Assembly (NCBI GenBank): GCA_964484565.1
Contig: CAZAGG010000004.1
Span: forward strand, 73,246 to 137,245
Reading direction: 5' to 3'
DNA length: 64,000 nucleotides
DNA from: an uncultured Rickettsiales bacterium
GTDB lineage: Bacteria; Pseudomonadota; Alphaproteobacteria; Rickettsiales; CAZAGG01
Under the pieces are notes generated by a model, which worked only from the letters and a program-made list of their open reading frames with translations, had not been told where the DNA came from and ran no database searches. Below are positions 46,250 to 58,571 of this stretch, piece by piece (positions within the stretch are counted from its first letter, which is position 1; each line of letters begins with the position of its first letter). A program made the translations under genes and the position numbers.

Positions 46250-47383
46250 TTACGCGGCGATTTTTACATCATCTTTCATTGAACGCGCTAAGATTCCTGC
46301 AACATAACTCATATTTGGAACTTCGTTCATATAACTGCTTTCCATAAGCATTTCGAGAATATTTCTCGTAAATTTTGCAGACTTAAGTTTTCCGTCATTA
46401 GTTTCTTTGAGTGCCAGCGCAAGGAGAATTTTAATTGCTTCAAATATACTCGCTGGAAGTTTTGCCTTAGTATATAATGCTTTGAACCCCTTTTCGCCTT
46501 TATCTCTAATAAGCATTGCAGCATTTTGCTCTGGAATATCCGCAAGTTTAGCAAGGCCTCTTTCAAAGAACGAAATATCTCCCATGCAAAGAGCTTTGAT
46601 TACAATAGACGGCTTTAGCTTATCTTGCTTATGCAAGTTAGAGATTAGTTTTCCTAGCTCGTTATCAGTTTTTCTTCTGCTAATTAACTCAAGAGTTGCG
46701 ATTTCCTCACTATCACTAACCACTGATTCAGCCGCACTTGGAGATATATGATATTTTCTAATAAGCTCGCCTTTGAGTTTGCCAGAAACCTTTTCAACCA
46801 TTTTGCCAACAACTGATAGGGGCAGATCGCCTCTTTTGGTTAAAGCCTCTAGCATTGTGCTGTCATTTTTATAATTCTCCATGACTTGCAAAATGATTTG
46901 TTCTGTAAATTGTGCGCCATGATTATTAACTAAAGTTTTGATAACTTCGTTTTCACCCTTACTTACCAGAACTTCTGAAACTCTTGGCGAGACAACTTCT
47001 CTAACTGCAATTGCAATTCTTTGCGCCACATTCTGAGCCGCACTTGCAATTTGAATTAGATCATCATCGTTAAGAAGTTTTGAAGATATTAATATTGGCT
47101 CTGAAACATCAATCACATCATTTGCGAGTTTTAAAACAACCTGTTTTGGAATATCATTGCTATGCCTTATGTTTCTAGCTAGAACCTGCCTAACCTTTAG
47201 TTCGGCATCTCCCGCGAGGACATTAAATATCTTTTCTGCCAGATTTTTCTCAAAGCCATTGAATGAACCTGAGCTATAATTCTTATTAATTCTTCTTATT
47301 AACTCAATCTTACCTTCAACACCTAGATTATCTGATATTACAGATGCTTCGCTACTTTTTGTAGATTTATTTTGTAAGCTCAT
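46250..47383 (-). CDS. DUF2336-like helical-repeat protein (alphaproteobacteria-typical)
   Basis: 377-aa all-helical repeat protein. Segments such as VRQVLARNI..IPKQVVLKLANDVIDVSEPILISSKLLNDDDLIQIA match my recollection of DUF2336. No enzymatic motif. Confidence 0.55.
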   Translation of the reverse strand: MSLQNKSTKSSEASVISDNLGVEGKIELIRRINKNYSSGSFNGFEKNLAEKIFNVLAGDAELKVRQVLARNIRHSNDIPKQVVLKLANDVIDVSEPILISSKLLNDDDLIQIASAAQNVAQRIAIAVREVVSPRVSEVLVSKGENEVIKTLVNNHGAQFTEQIILQVMENYKNDSTMLEALTKRGDLPLSVVGKMVEKVSGKLKGELIRKYHISPSAAESVVSDSEEIATLELISRRKTDNELGKLISNLHKQDKLKPSIVIKALCMGDISFFERGLAKLADIPEQNAAMLIRDKGEKGFKALYTKAKLPASIFEAIKILLALALKETNDGKLKSAKFTRNILEMLMESSYMNEVPNMSYVAGILARSMKDDVKIAA

Positions 47384-47537
47384 AAACCAACCCTGTTTTG
47401 ATTTTTAGTTTTCTTACTGATAAACTTATAAGTTAATACTGCTAAAATTTGGTTAATATTTATTTAAAATTTTAAATAAATTTAATCATAATTATCTTAT
47501 TGCTCTATTCAAAATTGATGCTATCTTACAAAAACCT

Positions 47538-48251
47538 ATGCATAAGATACATAAAACTCCAGAAAATGCGCTTCACGGGCTTTTAAAAGACGGCATGACT
47601 ATCATGGCGGGTGGCTTCGGACTTTGCGGAATTCCCGAAAAACTTATCGTGGCTATTAAGGAATCTGGCGTTAAAAACCTTACATTCATAAGCAATAACT
47701 GCGGCGTTGACGATTTTGGACTCGGAATACTTCTTAAAAACGGCCAAATTGCTAAAATGATTTCCTCTTACGTTGGTGAAAATCACCTTCTCGAAAGAAT
47801 GTATATCGCTGGGGAGATTAATATAGAATTCAATCCACAAGGAACACTAGCAGAACGAATCAGAGCGGGAGGAGCTGGAATTCCAGCATTTTTCACCCCA
47901 ACGGGATATGGAACCATCGCAGCAGAAGGTAAAGAAACCAGAGAATTTAACGGCAGAATGTATGTTATGGAAACCGCACTCAACGCCGACATTGCAATCA
48001 TTAAAGGCTATATTGCAGATACAAGCGGCAACTTAACCTATAGAAAAACTGCAAGAAATTTCAATCCATTAATGGCAATGGCTGCAAGAGTTACAATTGC
48101 CGAAGTTGAAGATATAGTTGATATTGGAAAACTTGACCCTGAGAATATCCATACCCCCAGTATTTTCGTTCATCGGCTTGTAAAGTGTGATTCTTATGAG
48201 AAAAGGATTGAGAAACTTACAATCCGCACCCCTGATATGGAGGATAATTAA
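47538..48251 (+). CDS. scoA: 3-oxoacid CoA-transferase subunit A
   Basis: Has DGMTIMAGGFGLCGIPE and EFNPQGTLAERIRAGGAGIPAF. Confidence 0.93.
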   Translation: MHKIHKTPENALHGLLKDGMTIMAGGFGLCGIPEKLIVAIKESGVKNLTFISNNCGVDDFGLGILLKNGQIAKMISSYVGENHLLERMYIAGEINIEFNPQGTLAERIRAGGAGIPAFFTPTGYGTIAAEGKETREFNGRMYVMETALNADIAIIKGYIADTSGNLTYRKTARNFNPLMAMAARVTIAEVEDIVDIGKLDPENIHTPSIFVHRLVKCDSYEKRIEKLTIRTPDMEDN

Positions 48252-48887
48252 GTGCGCATAGGCTGGACAGATACAGAAATGGCTATGCGAGCTGCAAAAG
48301 AGCTTAAGCAAGGCGATTATGTTAATTTGGGCATAGGAATGCCAACAATGGTTGCGAACTATATTCCTCATCATCTTGGCGTTGTTTTACATAGTGAAAA
48401 CGGAATCTTGGGAGTTGGCCCCTTCCCCGATAAGGATGAGGTAGATGCCGATCTGATAAACGCAGGCAAACAAACAATTAGTGAGCTTCCTGAAAGTAGT
48501 TATTTCGATAGCGCAACATCCTTTATAATGGCCAGAGGTAAGCATCTTGACCTCACAATTCTTGGAGCCTTTCAGGTATCTGAAAAGGGCGACTTAGCTA
48601 ACTGGATGATTCCAGGTAAAATGGTTAAAGGAATGGGCGGCGCGATGGATCTTGTCGCGGGTGTAAAACGAGTAATTGTTTTAATGGAACATAATGCCAA
48701 AGATGGATCTGCCAAAATTATCCCTGAATGCACTCTTCCACTTACTGGAAAAGGCGTTGTAAATGAAATCATTACCAATCTTGGTGTTTTTGAAATAACT
48801 GCTTACGGCGTAAAAGTTAGAGAGCTCGCCGATGGCATTTGCCGCGAAGATGTAGTATCTAAAACCACCGTTGATTTAATATTTTAA
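48252..48887 (+). CDS. scoB: 3-oxoacid CoA-transferase subunit B
   Basis: Has the catalytic Glu context LHSENGILG and GMGGAMDL. The GTG start directly abuts the scoA stop. Confidence 0.93.
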   Translation: MRIGWTDTEMAMRAAKELKQGDYVNLGIGMPTMVANYIPHHLGVVLHSENGILGVGPFPDKDEVDADLINAGKQTISELPESSYFDSATSFIMARGKHLDLTILGAFQVSEKGDLANWMIPGKMVKGMGGAMDLVAGVKRVIVLMEHNAKDGSAKIIPECTLPLTGKGVVNEIITNLGVFEITAYGVKVRELADGICREDVVSKTTVDLIF

Positions 48888-48894
48888 ATCATCC

Positions 48895-51043
<2,149 letters not shown>

Positions 51044-51148
51044 TTTTTACTTCAAAGTTAGTTTGTTTAATTAGTTTTTGTTACATAAGTTGTTTAAATT
51101 GCGGCACCTATTAAGCAGGAGTATAATTAGAAAAATATTGTGTATTTT

Positions 51149-52045
51149 TTACTCATCTGGAACAACAAATTTTATACTTTTTATAGGCATCATCATTTTA
51201 TCTTCATCTGATAAGAGTGAGTAAAATTCCTGCCACAGGCTAATAAACCTATCTATGTCAATTAATTCAACGTGAATCTGAGAAGTTCTTGCTGCATTTC
51301 TTGTATCGTTTGAAAATCCCCCAGTTGAAACAAAAATACCTACATCTTCTCCTTTCTGTAGAACTCCTATTAACTCTCTAATCTCACTAACACTTGATGT
51401 CTGCTGTCTATGCTTAACCTGAACCTTAGTTCTGGGAGAACTTATACCCAAAGGATCTTTATATGCTATTAAATCAACTCCTCCATCTTTACCCTTTGGT
51501 GCAATATATGGAGTATGGTAGCCCATTGCGCGCAACAACGCACCCACCATATCCTGAAATTCATATGGACTTTTTGATAGTATATATCTTTTAAACTCTT
51601 GATCTGCTATACTCTCTATGTCGTCAATCTTACTTCTGTAAATTTCTTGATCTGATGATATTTTTGTTTCTTTCACTGATATATGATCATCTCTTTGATT
51701 CTTTTCTTTCCAATCACGATATGCTGTCGAAGCACTTTTAAAAAGTGCTTGCTGACCTAAATCTAATGCTTTCTCTCCATCTGGTGTAATATTCCAGACA
51801 CCTTTCTTTTTTACAATGTATCCAGCCTTAATAAGATCGATACTAAAAAAATTTAAAATACCTTGCCATCTTATCTGGCCAGATTTTTCGTAAGTAGCTT
51901 TCGCCCAATCATCAAAATTTACGCTATCTTCAATTTTTTGCCTTAAATCCTGAATTGATAAAGTACCTCCAGAATCTTTTAAAATCTTCATCGCATTATA
52001 GACAACAATCTCTGCAAGATCTTTATTTTTCGAGCTACTATTCAT
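51149..52045 (-). CDS. mrr: Mrr-type restriction endonuclease (Mrr_N winged helix + Mrr_cat PD-QxK nuclease)
   Basis: The N-terminal half has IRWQGILNFFSIDLIKAGYIVKKKGVWNITPDGEKAL, like Mrr_N. The C-terminal half has FQDMVGALLRAMGY..KGKDGGVDLIAYKD...KVQVKHR..VSEIRELIGVL..GIFVSTGGFSNDT..LIDIDRFISL, which fits the Mrr catalytic D...QxK layout. Confidence 0.85.
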   Translation of the reverse strand: MNSSSKNKDLAEIVVYNAMKILKDSGGTLSIQDLRQKIEDSVNFDDWAKATYEKSGQIRWQGILNFFSIDLIKAGYIVKKKGVWNITPDGEKALDLGQQALFKSASTAYRDWKEKNQRDDHISVKETKISSDQEIYRSKIDDIESIADQEFKRYILSKSPYEFQDMVGALLRAMGYHTPYIAPKGKDGGVDLIAYKDPLGISSPRTKVQVKHRQQTSSVSEIRELIGVLQKGEDVGIFVSTGGFSNDTRNAARTSQIHVELIDIDRFISLWQEFYSLLSDEDKMMMPIKSIKFVVPDE

Positions 52046-52069
52046 AAAAATTTATATGTTTAAATAGGT

Positions 52070-53440
52070 TTATAATTGAAAGTTAGTAAGAAGCTCAACA
52101 ACAACATCCATTCTGCTGCCGTGTGAGCCTTTAACCAGAATAATATCGTTATCATTTAAACTATTAATAAAATCACTATCAATTTCATTGCTTTTTGAAT
52201 AGTGCCCAAATTTCATTTCTGTGGGTAAAGCATTATTAAGGTTTTGCATGAGCTTGCCACATGTTAGTATTTTATCAATTCCATATTGCTTTGCATAAAC
52301 TGCAAGCTCTGAGTGCAACTCTGATTCTGTATCCCCCAGTTCTAACATATCACCCAAAACCATTATAGTTCTTGCGCCTTTATGAAGTGAAGCTCTAAGA
52401 TTTTTTAAATTAGCCATTGCCGCCACAACTGAATCAGGACTTGCGTTATAACTATCATCTATCAGGGTAATATTTTTATTTTGCAGTTTTAGCTTATTAA
52501 GCCTTCCCCTACCTTTTGGTTCGGTAAAGTTCGCAAGATTATTCATTGCCTCATGAATATCAAAGCCAATTATTTTAGCCGCACTAAGAGCCGCAAGGGA
52601 GTTAATCGCTTGATGTGGTGAGAATGAAGAAAGTTTGTAAGTTATTTCCTGAAAATCAAGCATTGCTTTAATCTCAGAGCCACTTTCCGTTACTTTGAAA
52701 TCTAGCATTTTTGCGTATATATTACCTTCTCTGCCGTAAGAAAGTATCTGATACACCCCCGCTTTTCGGGCAATATTTCTTATATATTCATAATATTTAT
52801 TCTCAGCATTGATGATTGCAACCCCATTAGATGGCAGCTTATGTAAAATCTCGCTTTCAGCATCGGCAATTGCTTCAATGGAATCAAAAAATTCAAGATG
52901 AGCTGCCGCCGCACCTGTAACAATTGCAATTTCAGGCTTTACTATATCGCATAGTTTGGTGACTTCACCTGCGTGGTTCATGCCGATTTCAATAACTGCT
53001 CTTGGGCTATAATCTGGCATATTTGCAAGAGTTAGTGGAACTCCAATATGATTATTGAGATTACCCTTTGTTGCATATGCTGATATTGCGAGTGCGGTTA
53101 GTTCTTTCGTGCTTGTTTTACCTACACTGCCTGTAATTCCTATAGTACGGGGATTAATAACTCCTCTAGAATATAATGCCATTTTCTCCAGAGCTTTAAG
53201 CGTATCTTCAACCACTATCACATTATCAAGACCATAAGATTTAGATGATATTGCGATTGCTGCACCCTTGTTTAAAGCATCAATAACATAATCACTGCCA
53301 TCAAAGTTTTCGCCTTTAATCCCAACGAATACATCACCATTTTCGATAGATCTGGTGTTTATCGAAACTTGCGATGATTCAAAATCTCGTTTTATATCAA
53401 CCCCTAACGCTGCTGATAGATTTTTTCTATTCCACTTCAT
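52070..53440 (-). CDS. murF: UDP-N-acetylmuramoyl-tripeptide--D-alanyl-D-alanine ligase
   Basis: Has the Mur ligase P-loop GITGSVGKTSTKE and IDDSYNASPDS. It lies in the dcw context. Confidence 0.93.
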   Translation of the reverse strand: MKWNRKNLSAALGVDIKRDFESSQVSINTRSIENGDVFVGIKGENFDGSDYVIDALNKGAAIAISSKSYGLDNVIVVEDTLKALEKMALYSRGVINPRTIGITGSVGKTSTKELTALAISAYATKGNLNNHIGVPLTLANMPDYSPRAVIEIGMNHAGEVTKLCDIVKPEIAIVTGAAAAHLEFFDSIEAIADAESEILHKLPSNGVAIINAENKYYEYIRNIARKAGVYQILSYGREGNIYAKMLDFKVTESGSEIKAMLDFQEITYKLSSFSPHQAINSLAALSAAKIIGFDIHEAMNNLANFTEPKGRGRLNKLKLQNKNITLIDDSYNASPDSVVAAMANLKNLRASLHKGARTIMVLGDMLELGDTESELHSELAVYAKQYGIDKILTCGKLMQNLNNALPTEMKFGHYSKSNEIDSDFINSLNDNDIILVKGSHGSRMDVVVELLTNFQL

Positions 53441-54907
53441 TTAACTATACATCTCGCTTATTTTTTTAATTTCTTCTACGTCGTCAAAATGCAAAACTTC
53501 TTTGCCGATAATTTGATAATTCTCATGCCCTTTGCCTGCCACTAATAGAATATCTCCTTTTGATAACATTGATATGGCTTTTTCAAGAGCTTTTCTTCTA
53601 TCTTCAACTTCTATTGCATTGGCTGCTTTGTCTAATATTTGCTTTCTTATTTCAGATGGCGTTTCACTACGGGGATTATCATCAGTTACAATAACTACAT
53701 CTGCTAGATTGCTTGCGATTTTTCCCATCTCTGGGCGTTTGCCTGCATCTCTATCTCCACCGCAACCAAATAACACAAATAGCCTTGCTTCGCAGTGATG
53801 ACGTAGTGCTTTAAGAGCTGTTTCAAGCGCGTTTGGAGTGTGAGCATAATCAACATATATCGCTGCTTGATTATGAGTTGAAGCAAGCTCCATTCTGCCT
53901 TTTACTGGTTTTAAATTCTTTGATGATTCAAGCATTGCTTCAACGCCATCTTCATCTATTGCAGCAATTACCACCGCACATAGGGCGTTATAAACATTAA
54001 AATCACCAACCAGATTATAATGTAACTGATGCACTTTGCCCTTATACTCAATCTTTACATCAAGACCGCTAGATACAGGCTTAAGCTCTAATATTCGTAA
54101 ATTGGCGTTTTCATTTTTGCCGTATCCTATAAATTTGATATTTCTTCGCGCGCATACCTCTTTAATTTCAGTGGCGCGTTTATCATCAACGTTGACTGCT
54201 GCCATTCCACCTGAAATTAAAACCTCAGAAAAGAGCTTTAGTTTCGCTTTAAAATATTCTTCTTCCGTTTTATGATAATCTAAATGATCACGGTGAATAT
54301 TAGTAAAACCCGCCGCTTTTACATGCGCTCCATGCAGCCGATATTGATCAAGACCATGACTCGATGCCTCAAAGACCAAATTCTTAACTCCCTCAGCTTC
54401 AAGGCATGTAAGCATTTTATGAAAACTGATTGTATCTGGAGTGGTATGACCAGTTGATGAAAACTTATTTACGTCAGCCGAATTACTTTCAATACCTAGT
54501 GTGCCTATACTTGCGGCTTTGATGCCTTTTGCCTCCCATAACTGTCTTACGAATGAAGCAGTTGATGTTTTGCCATCGGTTCCCGTTACTGCAACTATAT
54601 TGCTTGGCTGTTTATCATAGAATATTGCCGCACTTTTGCTAAGTGCCATTCTAACATTTGAGGTTTTAATTAATAGAACTTCGCCAAAATCTTCTTGGCT
54701 CAAACTCGAACTTGTTGAAACAATTATCGCTTTTGCACCCTTTTCTATCGCGGAGGGAATATACTTCTCACCATCATCTGCACTGCCTGATATGGCAAAA
54801 AATACATCTCCTGCCTTTACCTCGCGCGAGTCAGATGCTAAACCGCTTACATGAAAGTCACCAAGATTAGCATTATATCCATCAATCTTGAGCTTTGAAA
54901 TTAGCAA
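53441..54907 (-). CDS. murE: UDP-N-acetylmuramoyl-L-alanyl-D-glutamate--2,6-diaminopimelate ligase
   Basis: Has AVTGTDGKTSTAS and the meso-DAP specificity motif DDNPRSE. It abuts murF with no gap. Confidence 0.94.
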   Translation of the reverse strand: MLISKLKIDGYNANLGDFHVSGLASDSREVKAGDVFFAISGSADDGEKYIPSAIEKGAKAIIVSTSSSLSQEDFGEVLLIKTSNVRMALSKSAAIFYDKQPSNIVAVTGTDGKTSTASFVRQLWEAKGIKAASIGTLGIESNSADVNKFSSTGHTTPDTISFHKMLTCLEAEGVKNLVFEASSHGLDQYRLHGAHVKAAGFTNIHRDHLDYHKTEEEYFKAKLKLFSEVLISGGMAAVNVDDKRATEIKEVCARRNIKFIGYGKNENANLRILELKPVSSGLDVKIEYKGKVHQLHYNLVGDFNVYNALCAVVIAAIDEDGVEAMLESSKNLKPVKGRMELASTHNQAAIYVDYAHTPNALETALKALRHHCEARLFVLFGCGGDRDAGKRPEMGKIASNLADVVIVTDDNPRSETPSEIRKQILDKAANAIEVEDRRKALEKAISMLSKGDILLVAGKGHENYQIIGKEVLHFDDVEEIKKISEMYS

Positions 54908-56660
54908 GTTTTAGATCCTTCTCATTATCATTTTCTGGCGCAGGATGATAGTCTCTAACAGGCTTTACACCTAGAACAGGACCAATCCTTGCAATTACCC
55001 TTGATACTGTTGGGGCGGCTGTCCATCCTCCTGTTGCGTATCCGTGAGTTTGCTTTGTTCCTTTTGGTTCGTCAAGCATAACAAGTATGACATATTCAGG
55101 ATCATGAATAGGGAAGCTCGCAACAAAAGACGACATCAAAGCCTTTTTATTATAGCCACTTGCTGATGCTTTTTCTGCCGTTCCAGTTTTGCCACCAACC
55201 AAATAACCTTCAACATCTCCTTTGCTTCCCGTTCCTTTTTCTACCACTAGACGCATTAGTTGGCGCATTCTATACGATGTTTCCTCACTGATAACCCGTT
55301 CTGCTTCTTTATTGGCATTCTCATCTTTCACTAGAGTTAGAGGTTTCATAACCCCACCATTAAGTAAAGTGGATACCGCCTGCACCAAATGCAACGGAGA
55401 AACTGCTATTCCATGTCCAAAAGATACTGTCATCACGCTTAAATCACTCCAATTTTTTGGATATAGAGGTTGTGATATCTCAGGTAAGCCAACATTTATT
55501 GGATCTAATAGGCCAAGTTTTTTGATAAATTCTTTTTGCTTTTCCGCCCCAACTTCAAGAGCCATTTTTGCCGTACCGATATTTGATGAATACATAAATA
55601 TTTCAGGAACATTAAGTGGGCGCGCTTTAGGGTGGCTATCACTTATGCTAAACCTTGCATAACGAATTGGATTTGTTGCATCAAAGATTTGATTGATAGA
55701 AACTTTCCCAGAATCAAGAGCCATTGCAGTAGTTATTGCTTTGAATGTTGAACCCATCTCATAAACGCCAAGACTTGCTCTGTTAAATCTTTCTAGCTCT
55801 GAAGCCTTTCCAGGATTATGTGGGTCAAAATCTGGCAAGCTAGACATTGCAATAATTTCACCTGTTTTAGCATTCGCAATAATTCCTGTCGCGCCAATTG
55901 CTGAAAATTCATGAATTGACTTAAGAAGCTCATCTCTCAAAATTCCCTGAACTCTAACATCTAGTGAAAGCTCAAGTTTTTTATTCTTCTCTTTATATGA
56001 TAACAATCTTTGTTCCATTGATTTTTCAATACCGCCCAAACCCTTGTTATCAGTGTTAACAAAACCTAGACTGTGCGAGAACATATTACCATATGGATAA
56101 ACTCTGCGCTGTTCTTCGATAAACGATATACCAGGAATTCCCAGAGCATTTACGTTATATTGCTCTTTGGGAGTCATGTTGCGTTTTATCCATACAAATC
56201 GGCTATCAGAAGTCAATCTGCCATATAATTCAGCTTCATTTACCCCTGAGACTACTTTTGCAACCTGCTTTGCAACATACTTTGGTTCGTTAATCAGTTT
56301 AGGATTTGCATAAGCAGAAGCAACGCTTAGGGAAGTTGCAATTACTCTACCTGTTCTGTCTACTACCTCCGCTCTTTCGAGATTAACTGAACCGCTTGCT
56401 GCATTTGAAGATGCATTTTTCTCGTGTTCTCCAAACAACATTGTAGTAGTTAGTCGAAATGCTATTAAACAAAAGCACATTAAATATATAGTCATTCCCA
56501 CAAGGATTCTTGCACGGCAGGTTTTAACTGCTTTACTAAGGCTGCTTTGAACTTTTAAATGTACCTTTTTATGAGATGATTCTTCGCATGTCTTTTTACG
56601 CCCTCTGCGGGATGCTCCCTCTTCTTCCCAATAATCTTCTCTGTAGTAAGAGTCGCTCAA
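54882..56660 (-). CDS. ftsI: peptidoglycan D,D-transpeptidase FtsI (class B PBP)
   Basis: Has an N-terminal TM segment and the motifs SxxK (GSTFK), SxN (SSN) and KTG (KTGT). It lies between ftsL and murE. Confidence 0.92.
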   Translation of the reverse strand: MSDSYYREDYWEEEGASRRGRKKTCEESSHKKVHLKVQSSLSKAVKTCRARILVGMTIYLMCFCLIAFRLTTTMLFGEHEKNASSNAASGSVNLERAEVVDRTGRVIATSLSVASAYANPKLINEPKYVAKQVAKVVSGVNEAELYGRLTSDSRFVWIKRNMTPKEQYNVNALGIPGISFIEEQRRVYPYGNMFSHSLGFVNTDNKGLGGIEKSMEQRLLSYKEKNKKLELSLDVRVQGILRDELLKSIHEFSAIGATGIIANAKTGEIIAMSSLPDFDPHNPGKASELERFNRASLGVYEMGSTFKAITTAMALDSGKVSINQIFDATNPIRYARFSISDSHPKARPLNVPEIFMYSSNIGTAKMALEVGAEKQKEFIKKLGLLDPINVGLPEISQPLYPKNWSDLSVMTVSFGHGIAVSPLHLVQAVSTLLNGGVMKPLTLVKDENANKEAERVISEETSYRMRQLMRLVVEKGTGSKGDVEGYLVGGKTGTAEKASASGYNKKALMSSFVASFPIHDPEYVILVMLDEPKGTKQTHGYATGGWTAAPTVSRVIARIGPVLGVKPVRDYHPAPENDNEKDLKLANFKAQD

Positions 56661-57016
56661 TTATTTTCTCCCAACCCTCTGTTATAGCTTACTAAACGTG
56701 CATTCTGTCCTGATTCCCCATGCTCAGCAGGCTCAGAATTAGAAGGAGAAATAGGAATATTATCAATCTCGATAATCTGAGAGGTTTTAATTGGCTCTAA
56801 TTTAATAAAGTCACGATTTAATCTTTCTAACCGCTCTGGAGAAGTTTTTAGCGCCCATTCAGCGTTAAGAACCACTAATGCTTCTCTCTCTCTCTTTATT
56901 TCTGATTTTAAACTTGCTAAATGATTAGCTTGCTCAATCACCTTGAATTTAAGCTGATAGACCCCTAAAGCGGCGGTTACAAACGATAATATCCAAACAA
57001 ATGTTGCCATTTTCAT
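56657..57016 (-). CDS. ftsL: cell division protein FtsL (alphaproteobacterial short form)
   Basis: Has a single TM segment (ATFVWILSFVTAALGVYQL) followed by a coiled coil, and lies between rsmH and ftsI. ATG 57016 lies 4 nt after the rsmH stop with GGAGG upstream. The ORF-track start at 57073 overlaps rsmH. Confidence 0.75.
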   Translation of the reverse strand: MKMATFVWILSFVTAALGVYQLKFKVIEQANHLASLKSEIKREREALVVLNAEWALKTSPERLERLNRDFIKLEPIKTSQIIEIDNIPISPSNSEPAEHGESGQNARLVSYNRGLGENN

Positions 57017-57020
57017 ATAG

Positions 57021-57944
57021 CTAAAGCCTCCTAGCCGCTCTAAGTTTTGCTGATCGTGCGCGAGGATTTTCATCAGCTTCTCTCTCGCTTACTTTAACCG
57101 CACCTTTGTGGAGTGGCTCAAGTTTAGCTGTAAAATTGCTATCACTTTGCGGAATATGCCTATTGGTGAATCTATTATCTCTTGAGTTGTCATTAATGAA
57201 ATTCTTGACAATTCTATCTTCCAAAGAATGGAAGGTTACTATCACTAGCCTTCCGCCAGTTTTTAGTAAATCGAGTGAGGAATTTAATGCTCTTTCTAAC
57301 TCTCCAAGCTCATCATTGATATATATTCTAAGCGCTTGAAACGTTTTAGTCGCAGGATGAATCTTACCGTCAAATCTAACCACCGATTTAACCGTATCGG
57401 CGAGTCTTAATGTTGTTTTAAATGGCTCTAAATCTCTTTGCTGAACTATTGCGCGTGCAATTTTTCTTGAATGACGCTCTTCACCAAACTTATATATAAC
57501 ATCGGATATTTCTTTTTCATCTGCCTCATTAATAAAGTCGGCTGCAGTTTTCCCATGATTTCCCATTCTCATATCGAGTGCACCGTCTCGCATGAAAGAA
57601 AAACCCCTCTCAGCCTCATCAATTTGCATTGATGAAACGCCTATATCTAAAACTATTCCATCAACTTTTTGGAAGCCAGACTTTGCAACCGCATCTTGCA
57701 TATCGCCAAAGTTACTATTTACGAATATGAATGAATCGCCAAATCGCTTCTTGAGCTTATCTGCGTAACTTACAACCGTTACATCTCTATCTAAGGCTAC
57801 TAGCTTGCAGTTTGTTGATTTTAATATTGCCTCGCTATATCCGCCTGCTCCAAAAGTTCCATCAACGTAGATCTCTCCCTGCTTAGGTGATAGATAATCC
57901 AAAACTTCACTTAGCATTACTGGTATATGAGGCGCGGCACTCAT
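57021..57944 (-). CDS. rsmH: 16S rRNA (cytosine1402-N4)-methyltransferase
   Basis: Has HIPVMLSEVL, YVDGTFGAGGYSE, LDIGVSSMQID and FHSLEDRIVK. Confidence 0.95.
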   Translation of the reverse strand: MSAAPHIPVMLSEVLDYLSPKQGEIYVDGTFGAGGYSEAILKSTNCKLVALDRDVTVVSYADKLKKRFGDSFIFVNSNFGDMQDAVAKSGFQKVDGIVLDIGVSSMQIDEAERGFSFMRDGALDMRMGNHGKTAADFINEADEKEISDVIYKFGEERHSRKIARAIVQQRDLEPFKTTLRLADTVKSVVRFDGKIHPATKTFQALRIYINDELGELERALNSSLDLLKTGGRLVIVTFHSLEDRIVKNFINDNSRDNRFTNRHIPQSDSNFTAKLEPLHKGAVKVSEREADENPRARSAKLRAARRL

Positions 57945-58417
57945 TTCGCACCTCCTAAATCTCTATCTTTTTTTGGGCTTTGTAAAACATGTCTGTTTTT
58001 AAGAGCCATATCCCTTGCTGCCTTAGAATGTTCAGCAAATTTTACAGGATCCCATATCTCAAAGGTCGCGCCCTTACCTACAAATACGGCGGCTTCTGTG
58101 ATTCCAGTTAGCTCAAGCAAAGATTCTGGTAAAATCACCCTGCCCTCAGTATCAAATGGGAGCTGATTGCAGCTTCCAAGAATTGCTGTAGCAAATGCAT
58201 CTCTTTCTTCGGAAAATGGATCAAGATTATCAATGCTTGCGTTAATCGCCTCTATTCTATCTATCCCACAGGCTTCAATGCAGCTATTTACAAAGGATGG
58301 ATAAGCAATAATTCCGTTATATGACTGACTTGCAAGAGTTGCACGAAACTGAGCTGGCACCGAAACTCGGAACTTCTTGTCTATCTTGTTAGTATATGTT
58401 GATAGAAAAAGTGCCAT
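57941..58417 (-). CDS. mraZ: division/cell wall cluster transcriptional regulator MraZ
   Basis: Has FLSTYTNKIDKKFRVSVPAQFR and a second SpoVT-AbrB-like repeat (DTEGRVILPESL). It overlaps rsmH by 4 bp. Confidence 0.93.
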   Translation of the reverse strand: MALFLSTYTNKIDKKFRVSVPAQFRATLASQSYNGIIAYPSFVNSCIEACGIDRIEAINASIDNLDPFSEERDAFATAILGSCNQLPFDTEGRVILPESLLELTGITEAAVFVGKGATFEIWDPVKFAEHSKAARDMALKNRHVLQSPKKDRDLGGAK

Positions 58418-58481
58418 GAACCCCTGCTTAATGTTTTTTTAAATCTCCCCCCTTACTCATACTTTTTATTTTCTAAAAAGT

Positions 58482-58510
58482 GCGGGTATAGCCCGAAGGC
58501 TATAACCCGC
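58482..58510 (-). terminator. GC-rich hairpin with a minus-strand T-run, between the thioesterase gene and mraZ
   Basis: GCGGGTATAGCC-cgaa-GGCTATAACCCGC forms a 12-13 bp stem with one bulge. Read on the minus strand it is followed by ACTTTTTAGAAAATAAAAAG. It could terminate the upstream thioesterase transcript or act as a leader structure for mraZ. Confidence 0.5.
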
Positions 58511-58571
58511 GAATAGGGAGGTTTGCGTCACCCCAAAATAACCAGATAATTCCCCAGTGACTTGGTCATTT

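Noticed and set aside
51044-52100. Possible short direct repeat flanking the mrr insert: ttcaaagttagt at the mraY-proximal side and ttgaaagttagt at the murF 3' end. There are also gtttaaat and tataatt motifs on both sides.
   Set aside because: It is only an 11/12 match in low-complexity AT-rich sequence. This is not distinguishable from chance by eye, and one copy is coding sequence of murF. I mention it only as something to test when empty sites are available.
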